From: Schmidtea polychroa
Lineage: Eukaryota
Length of the DNA: 64,000 nt
Direction of reading: 5' to 3'
Assembly: GCA_044892525.1 (NCBI GenBank)
Contig: CM097885.1
Span: 27,096,001 to 27,160,000 of the forward strand
Under the pieces are notes generated by a model. It searched no databases and was not told where the DNA came from. It worked only from the letters and a program-made list of their open reading frames with translations. The position numbers and the translations under genes were made by a program. Positions 19,272-60,945 of the stretch are shown here, in pieces (position 1 is the stretch's first letter; each line of letters opens with the position of its first letter).

Positions 19272-19965
19272 ATACCGCAGATTAATATAATGTAATATTG
19301 TTTTAATTATATTTGTGTGGTTTTGTTTATCTGCATCCTTCAAGGTAGGGCATTAAATTTGTAAGGTGGTCAGTAATTAAATGACCAGAAATACATCACA
19401 GATTATACATTTACTGAAAATATATTTAAATAATTTTGGTTTACGTACACGATAAAGATTTAATGAAACAAAACAGTCAGCATTCAGACAAAACCAAGTA
19501 ATGGGAAGGAATAGAAATGAGAAAGAAATGCAAATCCCAACTGTAACCCGTGATTGCAAATCTCAAAACTGCCAATTGTAAATATTTTCATATTTACCTC
19601 CAAAATGAAAAAAGTTAATTTTTATTATTTTTTTTTGAAAATAATTCATTCGAAGGGTGAAAATGTTGTTGAGGTTTTTATGGACTCGCCAATTGTTGGG
19701 GATTATAAAGGTTTTACTGTAAAACTCTGTTAATAAATCCTTGTCAAATTCTTTCCGGAAATAAAGATTGAAAATCAAACATACAAATCTTATGTGAATA
19801 TCTTATCTGTTGGGTATGAAATAATAGTTCTACTATTTGGGAGTTTTACATAATTGTTGAACAAATATTGTCAATTTAATTACCAAAATAATTGTAACAA
19901 TTATCGGAAATTGTCATGATATTATCGCAGATAATAGCCTCCCCTCTCAATTATCTAGTAAAATT

Positions 19966-21492
19966 ATGAAAACTATGTTTCCTAGAAATTTGATTTCTTT
20001 TCTCTATTTATTAATATTAGTAAAATCATTCAACCTTCAAGCTCAAGAATCCCTATGTTGGCCTATGACTTCCAATTCGTATCTATCCATGATTTCTAGT
20101 TGTTCAGATATCAAAACCGATCCAATTCTAAAGCAGAAGTGTGAAGATCCGAACCTTTTCCTTCCTCATATTAATGATTACATTCCTTTGCATCGTACAA
20201 ACTCCAAAAATGTTTTCTATCGAAATCGTTATTGTATAAAATGCAACAAGATAAAAGAGTATGAATATGTGGAAACGAATATTACATTTAGATGTAAGAA
20301 AAAAATCGTTTTAAACCAAGGTATGAAAAAAGAAAATTATTTGGCCTGGTTGTTATTCAACAAAGTATGCAATATCCATTTTACTTATCCAGATTCTTTG
20401 AAATGTTTTCTTCCGGAAAGAAAATGTGAGAGTCGTAAGCCAGTATATGAAGATGCCTTTATTGGTTATGCCATTGATAACTCAACATTGCGATGGATCC
20501 GGTTCCAAGGTTTGAAATGCTGTTTAAATTCTACTAAGATCTGCATGCAAATTCCACGCTTTCGATCTCCGCTACTGATGTATGTGTTAAACGAAATGAT
20601 ATACCCGGACAACTTTGAGACAATTAATAATAGTTTTAATTCTTCTTTAAATATATCAATTTTTAGACGAGAAGAATCGACCATATTTTACGTTTCTCAT
20701 TTGCTTGTGGTATTTTTGTCTTTGGGGTCAGCCGTTTTATTAATAATCGCCTATGCGGCAATAAGAGACCTCTATACGTCAACAAGTTACATGATAATTG
20801 TGATAGGCATCAATATCGCTTTCATGGAAATTCAGGAAATTTTGATGATATTTTTCTGCAAACTCTGTGAATTATCGATCTGTGAATATTTTAGCACTTT
20901 GTCCATTTTTTTTCACATCTCGGAAACGATTTGTATCAGTGGTTACATTTACAGCTTCTGGTGTGACCTTCATCAAATGCGAACGCCTAATAAGTACAGT
21001 AGTAAAAGAAGAAATTATAAACGAAATGTGGGATTTTTTAGTGCCTCTATTTTGATACCAATGGCACTGTGTGGAGGAAATCTGATTTTTCAGAAAAATG
21101 ATTTCTTTGAAACTGGTCCATCAAGGAGACGCCAGGTCTGTTCAGTATTTAAACTTTATCCGTTGTTTGGATTTTATATAGCTCCACTTTTATTAATTCT
21201 ATTATTCACTACGGTCATTTGTATTAAAATATGCTTATATTTGAGGTCTTCTATCCCAATAAACCATGAACAGCATTGTAAAAGTCACCAACGATTCTAT
21301 ATCGGACTGAAATTGTGCTTTATTAGTGGGATTACGTGGATTTTTAATTTTTTAATGGCTTTGACTCCGAACAAAATTATTCTAGATTTGGGGGTGGTTG
21401 TCTCACATTTCAATGGATTTGTGATTGTTGTCTGTTTTTTGTCAAGTAAGACTGTTAGAAAGTATATTAAGGAACAATCGTTTATGGTATAA
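19966..21492 (+). CDS. Intronless 7TM GPCR, Methuselah/adhesion (class B-like)
   Basis: Signal peptide, Cys-rich ectodomain with YRNRYCIKCN, seven hydrophobic segments, and class B-like KLCFISGITWIF and NGFVIVVCF. Confidence 0.85.
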   Translation: MKTMFPRNLISFLYLLILVKSFNLQAQESLCWPMTSNSYLSMISSCSDIKTDPILKQKCEDPNLFLPHINDYIPLHRTNSKNVFYRNRYCIKCNKIKEYEYVETNITFRCKKKIVLNQGMKKENYLAWLLFNKVCNIHFTYPDSLKCFLPERKCESRKPVYEDAFIGYAIDNSTLRWIRFQGLKCCLNSTKICMQIPRFRSPLLMYVLNEMIYPDNFETINNSFNSSLNISIFRREESTIFYVSHLLVVFLSLGSAVLLIIAYAAIRDLYTSTSYMIIVIGINIAFMEIQEILMIFFCKLCELSICEYFSTLSIFFHISETICISGYIYSFWCDLHQMRTPNKYSSKRRNYKRNVGFFSASILIPMALCGGNLIFQKNDFFETGPSRRRQVCSVFKLYPLFGFYIAPLLLILLFTTVICIKICLYLRSSIPINHEQHCKSHQRFYIGLKLCFISGITWIFNFLMALTPNKIILDLGVVVSHFNGFVIVVCFLSSKTVRKYIKEQSFMV

Positions 21493-22062
21493 ATACGTTT
21501 TGCAGTCTTGATAACAATTGAAAATTATTTGAAGGTTTTTTTTAAATTTTATAAAATATTATATTTTGGTCATAAACATTGCTTGCAAGAACAGTAACCA
21601 ATGGATAGTTGCAAATAGTGGCAGTGACACTGTTGGAATAATGCCTCTCAGTTGCAGGAACATTGCAATTATTAATTTCTGAATTCACGATAAATTATTC
21701 CATGTCAAGATTTATTTAAATATACAAATTTATATCATCGTCTGTCTTCACTATTCAAACAAATTAAGAGAGTATAATTTGGAGACGTGCATAACTTTTG
21801 TTAATTAATTCCAACTTATATTTATAGTTTATTATCTATTTACTAATTATAAGTAGAATATCGTTAGATAATATTGTTAGATATGAACCGTCGAACACCG
21901 AATATAAAAATATTTCACACATTACTCAAAAGATATTGTTTAATTAAGAGTCGACATTGACAAACCAAATTATTTCTATCAAAATTTATATTGCCTTTAT
22001 ATGACCCAATCGAATTTTGTATTTTTTAATGCTTTTCTTATTTTAAAACCTTTGTTTCTTAC

Positions 22063-22370
22063 TCTATATTAACTTCGTTGATGTATGTTTGTATGTTTGT
22101 ATGTACCACGCAAATTTTGTGAGGCCAAATTAACATACTTTCGGATTTGGCTGAAATTTAACAAGTAGATTCTTTGTCGAGAGCACTGCATGCTATCAAA
22201 ATTTCAGATCGATCTTGTCACGGAAAGTGGGTTAATTTTAAAAATGTTGATATTGATATCGGATTATAGAGATAACGTAATTATTTTTAAAATATATTGA
22301 AATTAAGAAAGTGAAATATGGAGTTTCAAAAACAATGTTTTATGGTTGATTTTTTATATAGGAAATAATG
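22063..22370 (+). mobile_element. Non-autonomous Helitron-like repeat, 5' portion (paralogue at ~42468-42800)
   Basis: TC start, short GTAT/GATT microsatellite, and GCTGAAATTT...GCTATCAAAATTTCAGAT block shared by both copies. Confidence 0.5.
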
Positions 22371-22817
22371 TACAAAATTAAAAAAATGAATTGATTTTAT
22401 TTCTATTAAATAAAAAGGTCATCTCAATAATGTAATACGGTACACAACGGGAGCAAAGAAATTTTTATAGAAACTTGGTTATGAAACAGTAATGAAGGAG
22501 ATACGAAATAAGACGCGGTAATCCATATGAAATGGAATCGTTTCATTTAACGCAAAATTATAAGTACGTCATCAATAGCTGCAAAGACTTATGTTTATCA
22601 ACACCGGGAATCTTGATTAACACATAATTTAATTTCAACAAGTTTTTGACATTCTATTAAAATAAAAGTACCACGAGGTTCTAGATCGACAGCACTATCA
22701 TAAACATCCTAAAATTGTTGAAATGGATTGAAAATTTACATTTTCTATTTTATCTAAAATTGCAAAGTTCATTAACAAAATTTGCAATCAAATGTCAATC
22801 GGAACCCCCTCCTCAGG

Positions 22818-52978
<30,161 letters not shown>

Positions 52979-54717
52979 CGATTCAATCAAAACTTTCCTA
53001 GCAATCAAGATTTAAAATATTCAAATTCGATAAAATTATTTAGAATTTTTAATGTGATGCATTTAAACAATTAGGGTTTAATATGAATATATATTAAATG
53101 TTAAAATTGTATTTCAAAGAACAAATTTCCTTGATAAAGGAATCATACAGATAAAAAATAAAGTACGTAAATTTATTTAAATTCTTTTTAATTCTAATTA
53201 AAAATATAATTTCTCTTAAAAACGATATTTATATTTCGATTTATTGTAGATAAACCTAAACTTTTTATCCCCTACTTTCCAGTTAGAACACCAAGCAAAA
53301 TTTTAAGTTTATCAATAGATAATTTTGGTGAAAATGAGATATAATTTTTATTTGGTAATGAAGAAATTCAAAAAAACACTAAAAACAGCAGAAATTTTGA
53401 AAGAATTTTTGTGGGTTATAAATTATGTAAATGTTTAAAACATTCAAATGTGATATGAGTCAACATATCGAAAGAAAAAGTTGCAGACAGATGTGTCCCC
53501 ATCAGATATAGGTCAACTCCCTAAGTTTCTGTTTTTTAAATGGATCTATTTAAGGTTAAGAAATAGTATGTTAATGTCAATTTAAGGTCTTTGAGATCGC
53601 GTTTTTAGTTCAAGTCTAAAATTAAATAGGTCACTTAGAAGTTTATGTAAGTCAAGTTAAAATTAAGGATGTAATATATTTAAAACTTTATAGTTTATTT
53701 ATTTAAATTTAATCCTTTACACTATGAGATTTTTTTTAATATTATAGATATTTTATTCCATGCAAATGTGTCTAAGATGTGATAACTATCAATTGTGTAG
53801 AAATAGTGTGCAAGTGGTGTGCTTTTTATTATTTATCTAAGTTTATGCTAATACCGCCTCTTAATCGCCGGTTGTGTTACTATAAGAAATTAGATGCGAC
53901 TTATTGTCCCTAATCTAGTCCGAAAAGCTAAAAATAAATAAAGTAGATTACCTCTTAATGTTCGATGAAAACACCAAGTGGTCAAGTATCACTGTGGCAT
54001 TCAAGAACATGAAACAGATAATAAATAATTCGGGTTCAGATTACGAAAATTACCTTCAATGATCGGTACAAATATAAATTTTAATTAGTTAGATTAACCA
54101 AAACGTTTTAAAGTGAAAAGTAGGTGGTAAAATCGATAATGATGATGAATCTAAGGTTTTATGAAGTGAACTCCACAAAGAATATAGAAATAATAAAAAA
54201 TATTTAAAAATTAAAATTTTTAACAAGGATGATATTTTGTCACCAGATTTAATTGATACAGTAAGTTTGAAAAATAATGAAAATTAAAAATATATCCTAA
54301 CAATCCTTGATTTGTATATGATATTGGTGGGTTACAGATAAGCATACATTTTACCTTGTCCGGTTGTTTCTAGCGTAACCCAAAATACAATAGTGTCTTA
54401 CTTCTTGATACCCATTGAGTGATCAATGTTGGTACTGTATCAAGTAGGTGAGTGCTCGCAAAAAGTGAGAGCCTTTCTTGCACTGTAATTGTCAAGCACT
54501 CATTGGGTTCACGGACTGTCGATAGAAGGATTATGTCCGATTTTTCTTGATCCCTTTACTAGATTGTTTTCCCTACTCATTATACTTTCACCATACACCC
54601 ATAAAGAAATGATTCTCTATATGCGTACGCATATATATTCGTAGGAAGACTATCTGGTCATAACAAATATTTATTCATTAACATACAGCACACGTTTACA
54701 AATAGTTTACAAAATCA

Positions 54718-55330
54718 ATGGGAATTACACTATGCTTTTCAAGTCCATATCACCATAATACAAATGGTGTGATAGAACGTCAATTCAGGACAATAACAGA
54801 CTATATAAATGCATCATTAAAAGAAAAAAGTAAAGCAGATTGGGCAGAGATCATACCAGAGATTGAATTTACCATGAATGCAACATTTCAGAAATCAATT
54901 GGACAAGGTTCCGCAGAAGTAATATTTGGAAGAAAAATAGCACGAGAACAACTTCATAGTAAAGTGACGATTTTACAAAAAGAAGATACAAGAGAAACAG
55001 CGCAGACAAAGAGATCATTCAATATTGGAGATGAGGTTCTGGTAAAAGTAGAATCAAGAACGAAAGACAAGAAAAGATACGAAGGGCCATACAGAATAAT
55101 ATAGAAGATCCATGATCGCCGATATCTGCTACAAGACCAAAGTGAGAAAATGCTTCAAAGAAATGTTGAAAAGATGAAGAAATTTCTTAAAGAAAGGGCG
55201 TGTGAGGTGTTTTCAGCTAAGAGTTAAATATTTCAATGATTTATCAAAATAATTTTAAATTGTAAATAATTGACTATTAAAATAACTATTTTGACTAAAT
55301 TGACTATTTAAATAATTGACTAAAAAAATA
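54718..55330 (+). mobile_element. Gypsy 3' fragment (integrase end, PPT, start of LTR)
   Basis: FSSPYHHNTNGVIERQFRTI and YEGPY, then a purine tract followed by TGTGAGG at 55201. Related to the 24824-29877 element. Confidence 0.85.
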
Positions 55331-55334
55331 ACTT

Positions 55335-57460
55335 ATGGACAAGAAAGAACTTTAAATTCTAATCGTTAATCATCCAGTAAATAAAGAAATACTAATCATT
55401 CAAGTTAATATGAATCAACTAAGTTAATAAATTAATAAGAATTTTGAAATAAGATCTAGTAGATGATTGATTTAGATTGAATAAATTAATTGAATAAATT
55501 TATTTTAATTATCCTTTTTTGAAGTAATACATACTCTATACTTAAATTGATTGACTGAATGCTCAAAAAATTCAAAAAATTCAGTATAAATTCATTACAA
55601 TTATCAAAGTCGTCAATCTATGCTAAAACTAATTATCATTAAATTCCAAAAAGAGACTGGTAACTAATGATAACATCTAATAAACCAGTAAATTCTTTTA
55701 AATGGCAATATTTGGTATATCCGAGCGAATTCTCTAATAAAATCATCTAAAAATCATCAAATTTCCCTGAAATATCTGTCTTTAAAGATTAGTATCTATT
55801 CGATAAATACACTTAAAAGGTCATATATTCCTCTCAGACTAATAAGATTCCTTAAAATACCCTTAATTCCTAATATTACAAATATTTCACTCAAATCATC
55901 AAAAATTAATTTGCTCATTAACCCTAAATAATTTATAAAATCTAATGATAAAACCAATTATAATTAAAAATACTTAAAAATAATTAAAAGATTTTTCTAA
56001 AACTCGAAATTTAAAATGAATATTACTGTACAATATAACTGAGTAGTTGCATAGAAAGATTAAATTTATCCATTCAATAAAATATATTTCTTCAAATGAT
56101 CTTATTTTACCGATATTCAACCGATTTAACCCTACACTGCATATTGTATCACTGGTGATACACAATTATCTTATTAGAATAAAAACTGTCTCGCTCTTGT
56201 TCTCGGTAAATGTTCTCTCATATTACATTGTATTGGCTATATTTGCAATATAATACAAAAAAACCGTAATGTAATTCTCAATAGTTTTGTATTACCAAAT
56301 CAATTTTTAAAACGTCTTACAGTTTAAGTGAAACATTTTTTCCTATCAAATATAAAAAGTCATGCAGTGTAGGGTTAATTTCTAATTAAAATCACCCGAT
56401 AAATTTCTTTCAATAAAGATCAATTTTCTTTAGTCGATGTACAACACTTTTAAGTCAATATTTCTCAACTTTGTTTGCCCATAACATTTACAAGAAGATA
56501 AAAATAGTTTAAAGTTGATATCAATCCCAATTTCAAATATTTCATTGTCAAAACCAAATAAATTGGTCATTAACACTACTTAATTAAACTCTGGATAATT
56601 AATAGAAGATTTAATAAAACATTGTTCTAAACCATAAATCTAAATTAATTTACAATGCATTAATCTCAACCTAATAAAACGATATAATTTCACATTATTA
56701 TTGATTCACAACTGACTAATGTATTGCAATTTCCCTTAAAACATTGATATTTTACCAACATCACCCTTAAAAAATCATATATTCCCATCTAAACCGATTC
56801 CTCATTAAATCCAACCGACTATATCCCCTTAAAAGATCATATATTCCCACCTTATCCGATTCCTCATTAAATCCAACCGACTATATCCCCCTTAAAATGA
56901 TAAAATCCAACCGGAACCGATCTCTCACCAAATATTTTTACCCTTTAAACATCAATATACATCCCTTAATTTCCCTAAAGATTCCACCCACTTCAGCTCT
57001 TTAATTCAGTCAATCCTCTTAAAATTCTTAGAGAATTCTTCAAAATATGAATTTTCATTAAATGTTATCGACATCCAACATACATCTATGAAATAATTTA
57101 GTACTTAAATTCATGTAGTAAAAGATCAAAATTCACTAAAATCAATATTTTCTATAAATATTTATCATCAAATACCTAACTAGAGGTGATATATATTGAT
57201 TGATCATAATTCTTCATCGATTCAGCCAATCATTTTCAAGCAATAATAATAACAAACTAAATCACAAATTTCAGTATATCCTACAATAATTTTCAAGTAG
57301 ATTTCAAATATCTGTCCTTGATAAAGTTAACTTGTTTCTTAGCTTATGATTTTTACAATTTAAAAGTTCATCAAATGTGGTAATGGAAATATTCTTAGAA
57401 AGTTATTGAAAAAATTATTTAGTCAAATGCAATATCATTACAAAGTCATCAAAAATTAAA
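55335..57460. repeat. Inverted diverged paralogue of 24359-31442 without the Gypsy insertion
   Basis: Colinear reverse-complement similarity; the empty Gypsy site reads AACATCAATATACATCCCTT near 56950. A further diverged copy lies at ~63340-64000. Confidence 0.85.
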
Positions 57461-57461
57461 T

Positions 57462-57625
57462 GGAAAAATAAATTTGTAAAAGGAATTACTCATTCATGGT
57501 CAAAATAAATATTTATCATCAAGGAGATATACAACACAAAACCATCTACTTATAAACTACATGATTTGAATGATGAAGAAACATTTGGCAGATTTTATCA
57601 ACGAGAATTACAAAACACTATTTTT
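57462..57625 (+). pseudogene. Maverick integrase C-terminal remnant
   Basis: KFVKGITHSWSK*IFIIKEIYNTKPSTYKLHDLNDEETFGRFYQRELQ fits the Polinton integrase C-terminal pattern FxKGY..WSxEIF...PxTYxLxD...GxFYxxELQ. Confidence 0.75.
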
Positions 57626-57900
57626 TAATTTCTCGAATTCCTTCTGCAAAACTTACAGACTTCTCAGGTTTAGCATTTAATGCTCTATGAAAATCAATTC
57701 TTGGATAATGAGAGGCCTTCGGATCAGAACCCTTAAATTTTTCCTTCTTATTTCTAAATTCCATTTCGATTACCATTTTTCACAATTAAAAATGACAAAA
57801 GATGTTGATTAAGAATTCATAAACAAAATAAAATTAATTATTGAAAATAATAAAACAAAAACAATAAGTTATAATGGTAAAAAAAGCATACATTTCAAAA

Positions 57901-58125
57901 GAAAAAATTGAAGAAGGATTTCTTCATTGAATCTTTGGCGGTATAACACCAGCTGTGGGAACAACTGCAGGAATAACCAATGATGTTAAAAATGTTAAAG
58001 AATCACGATTACCTGATGAATCTCGAGCTAAATTGCAGCAAAAACAAAATTTATAGAATCTCAAACATCTGACTGTTCCTGGTTCTGGAATATTTCTTGA
58101 ACCATATGATGGAAAAGATTTAATA
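57901..58125 (+). pseudogene. Remnant of a Maverick small Gly-rich structural protein
   Basis: EEGFLH*IFGGITPAVGTTAGITNDVK and GSGIFLEPYDGK resemble Polinton GGFLPLIFxG and GxGLYLxPY motifs. Confidence 0.55.
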
Positions 58126-58557
58126 AAAAGAAATATAAATATTTAAGTGGGATTTGAGATGATAAAATATTTAAAAACTAGGAAAACAAGAAAATGTTGA
58201 AATAGGTTCAAAATGATCAAAGCATATTTTTTAAACCCTAAAATGTCTGAAGAGATTTTACCTGTTTGGAATAATATCTTAACAAAATTTAATCATAATA
58301 AAATTCATTTATAATGTTGATTGTTTTATATTCTGGTAGTTGTAAAAGTGTTATTATGTTACTATACCCCAAGTTTTTAGATTATAATAATTTAAAAATA
58401 TTTAGTAAATAATCTAAATAATTTAGTGAATATATTTAAAAATCAAGATGAAATCTTTAAGATACAAATAATGTTTTTCTAAAACCATTTGATCTTTTCA
58501 TTTGATATTCATCATCATTTATTAATTCATTTTAATTATTTTATTTTATTTTATTTT

Positions 58558-59300
58558 AGTAGTATGATTGGAGCTCCCCAGATCAGGAGCTCCCCGCATC
58601 ACATATACCCCCTCCCCCCTCCCCCCCCGGGAAAAAAAATTTTTAGAACGATGCCACATATTTTTAGAACTATTACGTAACCAATGCCTAATATTTTTAG
58701 AACTATTACGTAATTTTTTTAAATTAAGTGATCTGGCGGGCTCACACTTTTTTTTCATCCCAAAAATTAATGTTCCCATTATCCGAATTTATTGGACGAT
58801 ACCTCATCTTAAAGCTCAGTGCAAGACCTTTCGAATGAGCCATAGAAGGTATCATCATCATTATTATTAACAAAGAGAATGACTCACCCAACGATGTCTA
58901 ATATTTTTAGAACGATGCCTAATATTTTTCGAACTATTGCGTAATCGATGCCTAATATTTTTAGAACGATGTCTAATATTTTTAGAATGGTGCCTCTTAT
59001 TTTTAGAACTATTACGTAACCAACGCCTAATATTTTTAGAACTATTACGTAATCGATGTCTATTATTTTTAGAATGATTACGTCATACTTTTAGAACGAT
59101 GCATAATATTTTTAGAATAATTACATCATAATTTTAGAACGATGCCTAATATTTTTAGAATTAATAATTTTGTTTTAATTATCGATGATTATATAATTTT
59201 GTTTAAATCATTGATTATATAATTTTTTTTGTTTTAATTATCGAATACGTAATAATATAATTTTGTTTAAATCGTTGATTACATATTATTATTTTCTAAG

Positions 59301-59393
<93 letters not shown>

Positions 59394-59544
59394 CATATAT
59401 ACACCGAGTCTATCCGACAAGATATTCTGTCCCCCTATGGGTACTGCTCACAAATGTACTACTCACATTCAACAAGTCACAAGGGTACTGCTCACACTCA
59501 ATATGTCGTAAATTATTATTATTATTATTTCAAATACAAGTTCA

Positions 59545-59635
<91 letters not shown>

Positions 59636-60013
59636 TATTATTACGCGCACGGGGAATATTATTATCATATATACTCTTAATCCATCCGACAAAATATTCT
59701 ATCCCTTTATGAGTATTGCTCATATGGGTAATGGTCAAAGGTGTACTACTCACATTCAACATGTCTCAAAGGGTATAATATAATTATTATTAAATTCTGA
59801 CCAACTTAAATCAATGAAGGGGTAGAACAAAAATATATTAAGTTGCGGTATTTTAAATTTAAAAATATTTTAAAAACTTATTTTGACACTAAAGTTTACT
59901 TAATTAACAAAGACATAATTATTGCACATGCTTTGCATAAATATTATTATTTTTTAAATTTTCAATATTTTCTTTTAAAGTATTAACACGCGCGGGAGTT
60001 ATTATTATTATTA

Positions 60014-60108
<95 letters not shown>

Positions 60109-60641
60109 GTTAATGAAAAATCTAAAATATGGTTTACACACACAACCCCTCAACCATTATTATTATTATCATTATTAAAAACCTAAAATATTTTCTACAC
60201 ACACACACACACATGCACAACTCATTAACCATTATTATTATCATTATTAGTGAAAACCTAAAATATTTTTTACACACACACACAACCCATTAACCATTAT
60301 TATTATTATTATCAATATTAAAAACCTAAAATATTTTTACACACACACATACAACTCATTAAACTTATTATTATTATTATTATTATTGCAAATATTAGTC
60401 AAAAACCTAAAATATTATTTACACTCACACAACCCATTAACAATTATTATTATCAATATTAGTGAAAACCTAAAATATTTTCTACACACACACACACACA
60501 ACCCATTAACCATTATTATTATTGCAAATATTAGTCAAAAACATAAAAACACTCATAAACCATTATTATTATCAATATTCGTGAAAACCTCAAATATTTT
60601 TTTACACACATATACAACCCATTAAACTTTATTATTATTAA

Positions 60642-60687
<46 letters not shown>

Positions 60688-60945
60688 ATTATTATTATTA
60701 TTAGTGAAAAACCTTAAATAATTTTTACATACTAAGTTATGGGGTAGAGTATTATTATGTTTGCAATATTCTGTGTTTGCCTTCACGGGAAGTTGACAAT
60801 AATTTTATACATACATTCCATATACACATACTTTGTTTAACATGGGTGTATATACTCCTAGTTTATCCGACAAAATATTCTGTCCCCCTATGGGTATTGC
60901 TCACAAAGGTACTACTCACACTCAACATATCGCAAGGGTATATTA
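58558..60945 (+). mobile_element. Maverick-like left terminus with subterminal repeats and CA-rich satellite
   Basis: AGTAGT start, C-run, GATGCCTAATATTTTTAGAAC repeats (58640-59160) and blocks homologous to 11160-11560. Confidence 0.55.
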
